A stretch of 32,527 nt of DNA. Origin: Octopus bimaculoides (lineage: Eukaryota). The position numbers and the translations under genes were made by a program. The notes beneath the pieces were generated by a model. The model was given only the letters and a program-made list of their open reading frames with translations. It was not told where the DNA came from and did not search any database. Positions 10,818 through 21,662 of the stretch are shown in pieces. The stretch spans positions 171,745,223 to 171,777,749 of the forward strand of contig NC_068982.1 of the NCBI RefSeq assembly GCF_001194135.2, given 5' to 3'. Within the stretch, counting starts at the first letter, position 1. Each line of letters starts with the position of its first letter.

Positions 10818-12396
10818 AATCTATAGAATTATAAGCTAAATCTATCATTCTAATGTGTATCTGGTTCATGAAAGCTTTGAATTAAATAATTGGAGAAAAT
10901 ATATAAAATTAATGGATATAAATCAAATGAAGAACGATGGAAAATATATATTTTAAATAAAACTCTGCGTGAATAATAACAATGGTTTTTGATTTTGGCA
11001 AAAGACCAGTTATTTGACGCAGTGGGTTTATAGACAATATAATTCAAACTCAATGTATTGTCACTAATTTTATCGACACTTCAAAGATGAAAGGTACAAT
11101 TAACTTAGGACGACTTTTAATTCGACGTTGGGGAATAAAACTAGACTCTGAATTCACGCCTACCACTACACAACTGATTTCTTGCATTAAGACAATCGTA
11201 TATTTCTAGGATACGAGGATAATGAATTGCGTTTAATATGATATATTTCTAGTTCTTACTGAATGAGAACAGCGGAATCGAAACAAGTTGATACTGGTTG
11301 AATCGAAGGTTATGCAACGTAATGGATCTTGATGCCATTTAGTTAGTGCCAGAATGTTTCTTCTGCCACCACTGCCTAGAAATAATGGTATGTCAACAAG
11401 TGAGACTATAAGGGATTGTTTGATCTTTTAGGGAATTATAGTGACTGAACCTTCTCCAATAGATTATATGGAAAGAAATAAGCATGCAATGGTCGCAATA
11501 GAACACTTTAAAATTAGGCCTGCACCTTCAGAGTTGGCCTGTGTAGTAAACATTGTTTTCTAGCTTTGGTACATGTCCACAAATTTTATATGACTGTTGT
11601 GTGTGTATGTGTGTGTGTGTGTGTGTGTGTGTTTGGTTAATCCAGTCGGTCTCAACCTGAACGCCAGTAAACTTATTCTGTCAACCGCAGGCATTCCACT
11701 GGCCTTAAGTTATTCTTGCCCGGGACGTGTACTGGCGACAACATTCTTTTATTTATTTATTTTTCTTTTGTATGGCAGTAAACATTTTTGGTGATCAGCG
11801 CAACCTCATATGTAGCATATGGGTCTCAGTTTTCAATGACAGCTCTCATAGGATATCCAGTATTCAATAGGCTCGTATTAAAGCAAGAAATCCTTAGTTG
11901 AACGGCAGGACCTGAAGAAGAATATTCAATATTTAAATCATTGTCCAACAGTCAGTGTTGAAGTTTAATCTAGAACTGACCATTTCAATAAGCACCTTTG
12001 TCATCCTAATCAAAATGCTTTACGCTATGTAAAACGACACTTGTTTAGTGTCATGTTTATGGGCGTCTATTTGATATTTCACATTTTGTTTTTACTACAT
12101 CTACTTCTGGCAGGGCTTCTTCGTCACACTGGGTGATGCAAGTCTGTTTTATTTTAACCAGAAAGCCTACAAAGAATTCATTCATCTGCAGTAGAGAATG
12201 GTTTGGCTGTTGCTACTATATATTCTGCTATCATCCCTTCCACATTGTTCAACTTTGTGTTATTGACAATGGATGGTAGCAAAACAGTTGTTGATGATTG
12301 CAAGGATAGGGATAATGCTGTGGCCGCTACTACTGTGGTCCTAGCGGGAAACTTAGTACTGTCAAAGATGTCACTCGTGGTATTACTAATAGTAGC

Positions 12397-12603
12397 AAGG
12401 CGGTGACCCGACAGAATCATTAACACGTTGACTTAAATGAGGAATGGCATTTCGTCCGTTTTTATGTTCTGATTTCAAAGTCGACAGTGTCGACTTTGCC
12501 TTTCATCCCTTCGGAGTCAGTAAAATAAGTACCAGTTGAACACTGATAATCGACTTAACACTTCCTCCCGAAGTTGCTGGCCTTGTGCAAAAATTTGAAA
12601 CCC
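12397..12603 (+). mobile_element. Family A SINE
   Basis: aaggcggtgacccgacagaatc...gtcgactttgcctttcatcccttcggagtcagtaaaataagtaccagttgaacactg...gctggccttgtgcaaaaatttgaaacc. Confidence 0.85.
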
Positions 12604-12779
12604 ATATTAGTGATAGCGTTTTCAGCGATTGTTATAGCAAGTTTTTTCTCTCTCATCTCGCAGATTTCACTTGCTATCACGGTGGATGGCATAATACTTA
12701 AGTCTAAGTTTCAAACTTCACTCCCTTATTGTGAAAAACAGCAAGCTATAAGAATATATCTATATCTATTCATATCACC

Positions 12780-12788
12780 ATATGTATA

Positions 12789-12852
<64 letters not shown>

Positions 12853-12883
12853 NNNNNNNNNNGAGAGAGAGACAGAGAGAGAC

Positions 12884-12918
<35 letters not shown>

Positions 12919-13146
12919 CACACATACATACATACAAGTGTGCGTGCTTGTGTGTGTATGTTTACATCTATATGTGCATATACTTAAAATACAAAAAATA
13001 CACATATATGCATATATATACACATGCACAGATACTCACACAGACATATATATATATATAATAATACAAAGAATATATATACATGTATACACACATATAT
13101 GCACATACTTACATCTACATGTGTATATATATGCATATCAGGGTAC

Positions 13147-13177
<31 letters not shown>

Positions 13178-13178
13178 C
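12780..13178. repeat. (TA)n/(GA)n/(CA)n compound microsatellite with gap N 12853-12862, followed by gap N 13179-13556
   Basis: Directly visible. Confidence 0.93.
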
Positions 13179-13698
13179 NNNNNNNNNNNNNNNNNNNNNN
13201 NNNNNNNNNNNNNNNNNNNNNNNNNNNNNNNNNNNNNNNNNNNNNNNNNNNNNNNNNNNNNNNNNNNNNNNNNNNNNNNNNNNNNNNNNNNNNNNNNNNN
13301 NNNNNNNNNNNNNNNNNNNNNNNNNNNNNNNNNNNNNNNNNNNNNNNNNNNNNNNNNNNNNNNNNNNNNNNNNNNNNNNNNNNNNNNNNNNNNNNNNNNN
13401 NNNNNNNNNNNNNNNNNNNNNNNNNNNNNNNNNNNNNNNNNNNNNNNNNNNNNNNNNNNNNNNNNNNNNNNNNNNNNNNNNNNNNNNNNNNNNNNNNNNN
13501 NNNNNNNNNNNNNNNNNNNNNNNNNNNNNNNNNNNNNNNNNNNNNNNNNNNNNNNNGAAATCTTTCCGGGTACGTTTCTGAATACGGTATTTGAAATTTT
13601 GCGTAGAAAGCAAATTTTTGAAAGTTATTGTTTTTGTATTGAAATCGCAAATAGCATGGAATTACCTTACTATTGAATAATTAGATAGATAGATAGAT

Positions 13699-13862
13699 AC
13701 ATTTCTTTTATTAGCCACACAGGGCTCAACGAAGATGGGACAAATACAATATAGAGCTTTTCTTTTTGGGAGGGGGAAAAAAAAAGAAAAAAAAGGGGGG
13801 CGATCAAAAGGGATCGTAGGAAGGAAAAGGGGGTAGTTCGATCAAAAGGGATCAAAAAAAAA

Positions 13863-13865
<3 letters not shown>
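13699..13865 (-). mobile_element. 5'-truncated retroelement 3' end (possibly L1/Tx1-like) lying between two (GATA)n arrays
   Basis: The minus strand ends ...gagccctgtgtggctAATAAAgaaatgTATCTATCTATC. (GATA)n lies at 13683-13698 and 13866-13900, and cgatcaaaagggatc is repeated internally at 13801 and 13839. The family assignment is from memory. Confidence 0.45.
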
Positions 13866-13901
<36 letters not shown>

Positions 13902-15059
13902 CATATGGATGTATCGACATCTTTTTGTCATATATATCATATATTTGTGCATGTGTATATATATATATTCGTTTATATGTGTGTGCGTGTGTGTGTAAAT
14001 GTGTGCCAGTGTGTGTGTCTATGTTTTTTTTTTGTGTTTATGCACGTTTATACATACATCTATACATACATGCTTACGTACATACATAGGTGTGCGTTTC
14101 ACTTGAATAGAATTTTTAAAATTTCAGATTGATGCAACAATTCTCCGTCAATTCTTTCTTATTATCATTTACGTGAGATACTAAATAGTCTTTAAATATT
14201 CCCTTAATTTTTTTTCTTTCTTCCAACAGTTCAAAACAGTAGTCAATAACAATATTGAGGATAAAAGTCTACACGATGCTGAATTGCATTCGGCATCCTC
14301 ATTTAGTGGACGCAAAAGTCATTAGCGGTAACTCAACGTTCCATTGTATATTGAGGGACAATTTTATTTAAGTTACGAACTGGGTGGGGGCAAACATTCT
14401 ACATAATAGCTTGCCTATTTCTTTTTTTTTTTTTTGTTAATATAACAATTAAATTTCCAAGACAATCATTGTAACTGAGAAGAATTACAAACTTGCGTCA
14501 GGTTAATTTTAAAATAGAAGTAGCACGTATTAATTCACTCTATCTTTTTTCTTTTTTCGAATTACAGCTCAAAAATACATTCCACGTCATTATTTTTGTT
14601 TTTACGTAAGCAAGTGAGATGGGGCAGCACAATGACCATTGTATGTCCGCTCAGTTACATCGTATTAATACGGCTGATGCTCAGCTTGAACTTATGTCAG
14701 TAGAGGCATGAATATAAAAAGTGGCTGGGAGAGAATGCTAGAGATTCACACCTATGGAAAGGGATGACTATGGAAAGAAAGGATATCATGCAATGTTTGG
14801 TAGATTGTAACACAGCTCAGATCCTCAGAAGTTAGATTCTGGTTAAACAGTTATTCAATGATAGAGCTCCTCTGCTACTGAGTTCACTGAAGCAGAATGT
14901 GATCCAACTGATTCGATATCGAGATTATTTAAGTTAAAAGAACCATTTGTTTCCTCTCTGTAGTATATAACTCCAAAATAGTTTCATAGCAACATTAGTA
15001 AATATTCCTATATGGAATTAATTAACTTATATACTCTACGTGTACCGTTCAATTGTTTT

Positions 15060-15200
15060 CGGCACAAAGCCCAACTTGCAATTTACAGGAATATGGTGGA
15101 ATGATTTTTATCCTTTCATCTTATGGGAAATGGTTTTTATCGACCATGAGATGAAAGACAAAGATGCTGTCGCCGGATCATGAACTGGCAACTGAGAAGA
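15060..15200 (-). mobile_element. Highly degenerate family A SINE remnant
   Basis: ggcacaaagccc...tttttatcgaccatgagatgaaagacaaag...tgaact. Confidence 0.45.
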
Positions 15201-15441
15201 TGAGAACGGAAAATACTGGAATGAATTTAGTCCGGTGTAATACTGTCTCCAGTATTGATATTGATTCTAATTGAACTAATACTGATTGATAGGAATTGGT
15301 AAGTAAGGTGTAGATTTGATTAACCTACAGTACATGCACAAGTTATTGACCTCTGAAGGACGAGAGAGAAATATAAATAATAGTTGAAATAGTGAAATTT
15401 TTTATTAGATACAAGATTTAACAAAAATAACCTCAAGATAA

Positions 15442-15475
<34 letters not shown>

Positions 15476-15535
15476 GTCATCATCAACAGCAACGGCAGCA
15501 GCAGCAGCAGCAGCAGCAGTAGCAGTAGTAGTAGT
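15442..15535. repeat. Compound (CAT)n-(CAG)n-(TAG)n trinucleotide array
   Basis: Directly visible. Confidence 0.9.
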
Positions 15536-15745
15536 CCTTACTACTACAGGCACAAACTCTGAAACTTGGGGTATGGGGCTAGTCGATTACATCGACCCCA
15601 GTGTTTTAGCTAATACATCATTAAGAATGAAAGAACGAAAGGCAAAGTCGACCTCAGCGGAACTTGAGTTGAGAAAGCAAAAACGGACGAAATGCCACGA
15701 AAGATTTTATCTGGTGTGCTAACGATTCTACCAACTCGCCGCCTT
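15536..15745 (-). mobile_element. Family A SINE, near full length
   Basis: ggcacaaactctgaaacttgggg...agtcgattacatcgaccccagtg...gaaaggcaaagtcgacctcagcggaacttgag...actcgccgcctt. Confidence 0.88.
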
Positions 15746-15746
15746 A

Positions 15747-15747
<1 letters not shown>

Positions 15748-15814
<67 letters not shown>
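15748..15814. repeat. (TAA)n microsatellite
   Basis: Directly visible. Confidence 0.97.
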
Positions 15815-15815
<1 letters not shown>

Positions 15816-16179
15816 TGGAATCTGAAGACGAAAACAATAGGTACCTATTGTCATCAGCGAAACGGGCTGATTACTACCTAGCTCAGATACCAGGAAACCC
15901 CAAAATGGCTGAAGTTCAAAAGATAGTGCTCATGGGAACTGCCCATATCCTACCTAAAATACTGTCTATGTGATCTCAAATTTTAAAGCAAACACATAAT
16001 TTTCTTATGGTTTCTTAAACATTCACTTGAACAAAACTGTACAAATCCAAATATATGGTACCTTAGGCATAACACCTACATGAACTTCTAACTTGTTTTC
16101 TCTTGAGGTCTCTGGGTGAGACTTGGATCCAACTTGTACAAATGCAAAACAAAAGTCAAACATAAAATAATAATAATAA
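15813..16179 (+). mobile_element. 5'-truncated R4/Dong retrotransposon 3' end (ORF C-terminus, 3' UTR and (TAA)n tail)
   Basis: MWNLKTKTI..PIVI then LAQIPGNPKMAEVQKIVLMGTAHILPKILSM* (stop 15971-15973), matching the R4/Dong terminal motif QK..LLGTA.ILRK.L. A UTR follows, ending gtcaaacataaa plus (TAA)4, and the 5' end abuts (TAA)n. Confidence 0.85.
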
Positions 16180-17145
16180 GCGTCGTAGGTGAGTACATCC
16201 ACAGTGAAAGAAGAGAAATAACAGAGTATTTGGTAAACAGCGAACAAGACCTGCTACAGTATGCTGCTAATGCAGAAATATTTACTAACAAGGGAGTTGA
16301 GAGTGCTCATGAATTCCGATCACGAATAGCCAGTGAGAGAGAACAAATACTACTCTGCACGGAATTACATGGTCAGTTCCACCGTCAAGCTAACAACTTA
16401 AAAAACCAGGAAACATCATGGAGATGGTTCAACAAAAGTGACATTAACAAGAAGGTTAAAAGCCTATTCATCACTGTCCAGGACCAGGCATTGTTAGTGT
16501 TTGTGAAAGTCTTGCGCAGAAACAGTACAAGCGCGGACACGACAAGGTAGTCTTGAACCTTCTTCACTGGCTACTACGCTGGAAAGTATGGATACGAGGA
16601 TCGGGTGTTTGGTACCAATATATACTGGAAAAGTTTAAAGGTAAAGGTAAAGTTTCCTTCTCGAGCTATACTGATTTATAAGAGCCAGTTTCTCGGTTTT
16701 CATGGGGTATATATTTCCAACCTTGGTTCGTCGTGGTATAACTCATTTTTGAAGGCTGAGTGGATTACAGCAACGTGAAATGAAGTGTTTTACTCAAGAA
16801 AACAATGCGTCGCACGATCCAGGAATCGAAACCACAATCTTACAGTCAGGTGTTCAACACTTCAGGTACAATGCCACGCACCTCTACTAGATTGGTAAAA
16901 TGGAAAGGATGAAAACGGAAAGGCAAAGATCCATTGGGACTTTGACTTGCAGATAGACAACGTGTTCGAGTACCGAAGATCAGATATTGTAGTCTTTGGG
17001 AAGGACAAGCAAGGGTACCTAATAATCAACGTGGTAGTGCCAGGAGATCAACATATTATCATGAAAGAAAGAGAAAAGTTTGACAAATATGGCAACCCGA
17101 GAATTGAGATCGCCAAGATACATCAGCTGCGAGAGTCAAACATAA
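16180..17145 (+). mobile_element. R4/Dong fragment: post-RT region through the RLE endonuclease, interrupted by a SINE
   Basis: ELHGQFHRQ, WRWFNKSD..VQDQA, (IV)SVCESLAQKQYKRGHDKV..LHW, then after the SINE ENGKAKIHWDFDLQIDNVFEYRRSDIVV..IINVVVPGD..KEREKFDKY, a decayed PD-(D/E)xK restriction-like endonuclease. Confidence 0.85.
16637..16884 (-). mobile_element. tRNA-headed SINE, family C (CORE-like box, CTTTAC tandem tail), inserted in the Dong fragment
   Basis: Sense strand: tttcgattcctggatcg (B-box-like), ttgttttcttgagtaaaacacttcatttcacgttgct...ccactcagc, tail ggaaactttacctttaccttt. It splits WYQYILEKV from ENGKAK. Confidence 0.75.
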
Positions 17146-17242
17146 AGAAGAAGAAGAAGAAGAAGAAGAAGAAGAAGAAGAAGAAGANNNNNNNNNNAAG
17201 AAGAAGAAGAAGAAGAAGAAGAAGAAGAAGAAGAAGAAGAAG
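17145..17242. repeat. (GAA)n microsatellite with gap N 17188-17197
   Basis: Directly visible. Confidence 0.95.
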
Positions 17243-17930
17243 CCTAACAACCTTAAACAATCCCATGTATTCCACTTCTAAAGTTGTAACTGCACAACTA
17301 CTTGTCAAGACGACACGGAAAAGGACCAACCATGTCAATAGACCTCCGAAAGGGAAAGTAGCAATACAAAAAGAGATTGAATCTCTGCGGGCGGATGTAT
17401 CAGTTCTCGAAGAACTTGCTAAAGAAGTAATTGTTAAGACAAAACGAGCTAGAAAAATCAAGCAAAAATATAATAATCAAAGATTTTATAAACCTCCCCG
17501 CAACCAGGGAACTAGTGAAACAGCGAATACAGAATAGAAGATATGACAAAAGAATCATATTTTATCAACAAAACAAGATATTCGAGACAAATGCAAAGAA
17601 ACTGGCAAAAGTAAGATAGAAGTAAAGAATCCGCCTAAGATTGAGGCAACGGAAGAGTTCTGGAAGAAGATATGGAGCAACAAAAAAGGAAAACTGGAAA
17701 ATCGTTAGTGTTTGTGAAAGTCTTGCGCAGAAAGAGTACAAGCGCGGATACGACAAGGTAGTCTTCAACCTTCACTGGTTACTGGCCGGAAAGTTTGGAT
17801 ACGAGGAAATGGGTGCTTGGTACCAGCCAGTCAATGTTAAAGTTGACTAGATAGATCGTGAGAAAGTGCGACGGGATGAAATTGAAGAGCAGAAATGGGA
17901 GGCAAAGGGAATACAAGGGTTAAGACCATC
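17243..17930 (+). mobile_element. R4/Dong mosaic: pre-RT N-terminal region fused to C-terminal pieces
   Basis: IQKEIESLRADVSVL, ELVKQRIQNRRYDKRIIFYQQNKIFETNAKK, PPKIEATEEFWKKIWSN, then IVSVCESLAQKEYKRGYDKVVFNLHWLLAGKFGYEEMGAWYQP, then KWEAKGIQG (HGQ-region-like). Confidence 0.75.
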
Positions 17931-17944
17931 CTTTGTAGCCCATC

Positions 17945-18172
17945 CACAGAGTCTCTAGCACTCTCATTAATCCGTGATATTTCTACTCCAGTTAAGTAAC
18001 CCTTCCTCCTAATCACTCCCACTTGCTTCATTAGTTATTTTCTGACATTGCACACATGTCCTTTTCCATCCAAAATTTCAAAGTAGGTCGGCCTATTCTA
18101 CGACTTCTTTCCAGCTTTGCTCTTTCATGACATTCAATAAGTGTATCGTACTCTTCCTTCGTCCACTTACGT
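17945..18172 (-). mobile_element. R4/Dong extreme N-terminal domain, inverted relative to neighbouring fragments
   Basis: RKWTKEEYDTLIECHERAKLERSRRIGRPTLKFWMEKDMCAMSENN*..QVGVIRRKGYLTGVEISRI resembles the R4/Dong N-terminus. On its sense strand it starts directly after a (TAA)n array. Confidence 0.7.
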
Positions 18173-18539
<367 letters not shown>

Positions 18540-19094
18540 GTTTTAGAACAAGGCCAGTAATTTTGAGCAGAGGAGAGATATTAGCTGGTCATGGTTTGAA
18601 TGCCTTTGATTATATGTGATCAGTCAGGACTAATACAGGGCTAAGTACAAAAAAAGGACTTTCTACTGTTAGCATATTCTATAAACGGTATATTGATATA
18701 TATCAGGTTGGAATCCATGGCTCACAGTGATCTATACACACATCACATTCGTTCAGGTATATTGTATAGGCAATAATTTTATTTACTCTGTGAAGACAAA
18801 GACATTAATTAACTGTTTCCGTTTCATAAATGTCGGAATTACTTTAACTGGTAAACTGGTTTTACCCTAGCTGTGAAATTGATGACAAGCTTAAAAAAGA
18901 CGATAACAGCTGGTATAACACTGCATAATATCAAAAGATGTTCTTTCTGGAAACTCAGTATATCTTAGGAATCATAAATTAGTCATCATGCCTTCCTTTG
19001 AGGAGTTGTCACTCAGATGGAATGCTTCAGAGACCATGAAGTTTCAAATACTAATTCAAAGTATTGAATGATGTTTTATATCATAACTAACAGA

Positions 19095-19259
19095 GGTGCA
19101 GGAGTGGCTGTGTGGTTAGTAGCTTGCTTACCAACCACATGGTTCTGGGTTCATTCCCACTGCGTGGCACCTTGGGCAAGTGTCTTCTACTATAGCCTCG
19201 GGCCGACCAAAACTGTGTGAGTGGATTTGGTAGACGGAAACTGAAAGAGGCCCGTCGTA

Positions 19260-19336
<77 letters not shown>

Positions 19337-19554
19337 ATGTGTGTGTGTGTGTGTGTGTGTTTGTGTGTGTTTGTGTCTGTGTTTTTCCCCCCATCATCGC
19401 TTGACAACCGATGCTGGTGTGTTTACGTCCCCGTAACAATAAAATAAGTACTAGGCTTACAAAGAATAAGCCCTGGGGTAGATTTGAGCGACTAAAGGCG
19501 GTGCTCCACCATGGCCGCAGTCAAACGACTGAAACAAGTAAAAGAGTAAAAGAG
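19095..19554 (+). mobile_element. tRNA-headed CORE-type SINE, family B, full length, with internal (TA)n(TG)n
   Basis: Head ggtgcaggagtggctgtgtggttagtagc, CORE-like ggcaccttgggcaagtgtcttctact, internal microsatellite, tail gactgaaacaagtaaaagagtaaaagag. Confidence 0.88.
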
Positions 19555-20002
19555 GTAGACCGGACTGATGCAGTCGTAATGCAGGATCAAATACTATGCA
19601 ATGCTTAATTACAGTAACCCTCTCTTAGCTCAAATCCCGTCACAATTGACTTCATTGTCTTCATCTTTGCAAGAATCTATCAAGCAAGTAGTAAAGTGTG
19701 GTGGTAGATATGACTGTGATTGGTGTCATCACACAAAATATTTGACCTTATGCCAATATTAGAAACTATTGAACAAGTGAAGTTATAAAACTGGCATTCT
19801 TTCAATACTTGAAATGTTTGTAGCTTTAGAATTTTGCTACATTACTATAAAAGAAGAGTTAGACTGAAATGAAACATATATATTAAATTTAGTTACGCAC
19901 GTTCTCATCAACAAAAACAACAACGACGACGACGACAACAACAACAACATTATATCATGTATACACACAAATACATTGAATTGATTACGAACTTCATTTC
20001 GT

Positions 20003-20207
20003 TATCTTTTATCTATTATCTTTTATTTGCTTCCTTCAATGGCCTTGTTGTGGCAGCACCCTGAACGGTTTAGTCGAACAAATCGAGCCCAGTAGTTAAT
20101 GTGTTTTAAGCCTGGTACTTACTCTATCCTTCTCTTTTTTGCTAACGCGCTAGGTTATGTGGACGTAAATAAACCAGCATCAGCTGTCAAGAGGAATGGG
20201 GGATAAC

Positions 20208-20248
<41 letters not shown>

Positions 20249-20409
20249 GACTCACTTATTTCAGTTTCTGTTAACCAAATTCACTCACAAAGATTTTGTT
20301 GCTCTAGGGCTATAGTAGGAACATTTAGCCAACGTGCCACGCAGTAAGACTGACTCCGAAACCAAGTGGCTGGGAAGCAAACTTCATACAGCAAAGCTAC
20401 ACTTGTACC
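20003..20409 (-). mobile_element. Family B SINE, diverged, with internal (CA)n
   Basis: Reverse complement of the 19.1 kb copy: ttagtcgaacaaatcgagcccag...tttcagtttctgttaaccaaattcactcacaaag...gccacgcagt. Confidence 0.75.
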
Positions 20410-21662
20410 CAAAATACTTAGAACATATAATTGCTGAACATATAAATGTTCAAACATATTCGAGAGATAAAACGAGTTTATACTGCACTCTGTGGCATAT
20501 TAGTTAAGATCATCGGATATGACGATCTATGAATATTTATTCCATGGCAAGTAAATATGTTTCAAGCATGGTGACATACTTTAACATACTGAATCCTGTA
20601 ACGTTTCTTGCATTATTGAAACAAACTTTAATAGTTATTAAACTAGCACTAGCATGTTAATTAGCTTGTCCGTTTGTGTACATTAAAGCATTTTAATGTC
20701 TGTATAAGCAGCCATCTCTTCATCTAAACAGTGACGGTAATAAATTTTTTTTCTTAGTTTCAAGGTGTTTTTTGCAAAGACCAAGTAACATATGTGCGTG
20801 TATTTGTGTGCGTGTGTCCGAATGTGTGAGTGTGTCCTGATGTGTGCGTATGTATGTATACAGATGCATGTGTGTGTAGAGATGTGTGCATTTGTGTATG
20901 TGCATATATGTTAAGTGAAAACAACATAAATTTAAAAGGCTGAAAACGTGACGTTCATAAAATTTACGAAAGATGCAAGCATGTTCCATATTCAGTATTC
21001 ATGTATGTATGTATGTATTTATGTGTGTCTATATGTGTGTGTACTTACATATGTGTGTGTGCGTGTGTGTATATATATATGTGTGTGTGTGTGTGTATGT
21101 GGAGGGAAAGAGATACATACATACATACATACATATGTATATATCTTGTTATACATAAAGGGCATGTCCTGTGGTAGACAGTGCATATCTACATTAAGAT
21201 AGAAGAGCAGAAGAGTTAATTGTTAAATGTAAAATGAACTTCAGTTCATTAAAAATTTATAACTTTAAAAAGCATGAAGCTGGGTGTATAATTCGAGCTC
21301 CAATGTGGCTTAATGCGTAACGGTATTAAAGCTACATGCCATGAGTAAAGCTACAAAATGCATGAAATAACATAAAGGCGGGTGGTTTCAATATTTACTT
21401 CTGTTTTATAGAATGTGAATGTAGTGTACAGTTTACAACGCATATAGGTTTACATGTGATGATCTTTTAAAGACACTCATTCCGTAAGAAAATGAATATA
21501 TATATAGTGACACATACCTCAGACACACGCATACATACATGCATACATACGTACATATATATATATAAGTATCTATGCATATATCTGTGTGCGTACACAC
21601 ATATATACTCATGTACACACACACACACACATATATATGAAACATATATATATATATATATA

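Noticed and set aside
12178-12426. Overlapping 82-aa and 67-aa ORFs
   Set aside because: The composition looks like decayed triplet repeats running into a SINE head, with no recognisable domain.
12782-13676. Long ORFs of 170-270 aa
   Set aside because: They are artefacts of N runs and flanking microsatellites. The same applies to the ORFs at 22428-23669.
16947-17537. 196-aa ORF as an intact CDS
   Set aside because: It is a chimera of an RLE fragment, a (GAA)n array with an assembly gap and an out-of-order N-terminal fragment.
19095-19170. tRNA genes at SINE heads
   Set aside because: The heads have A/B-box-like motifs but run into SINE bodies and do not form a full cloverleaf.
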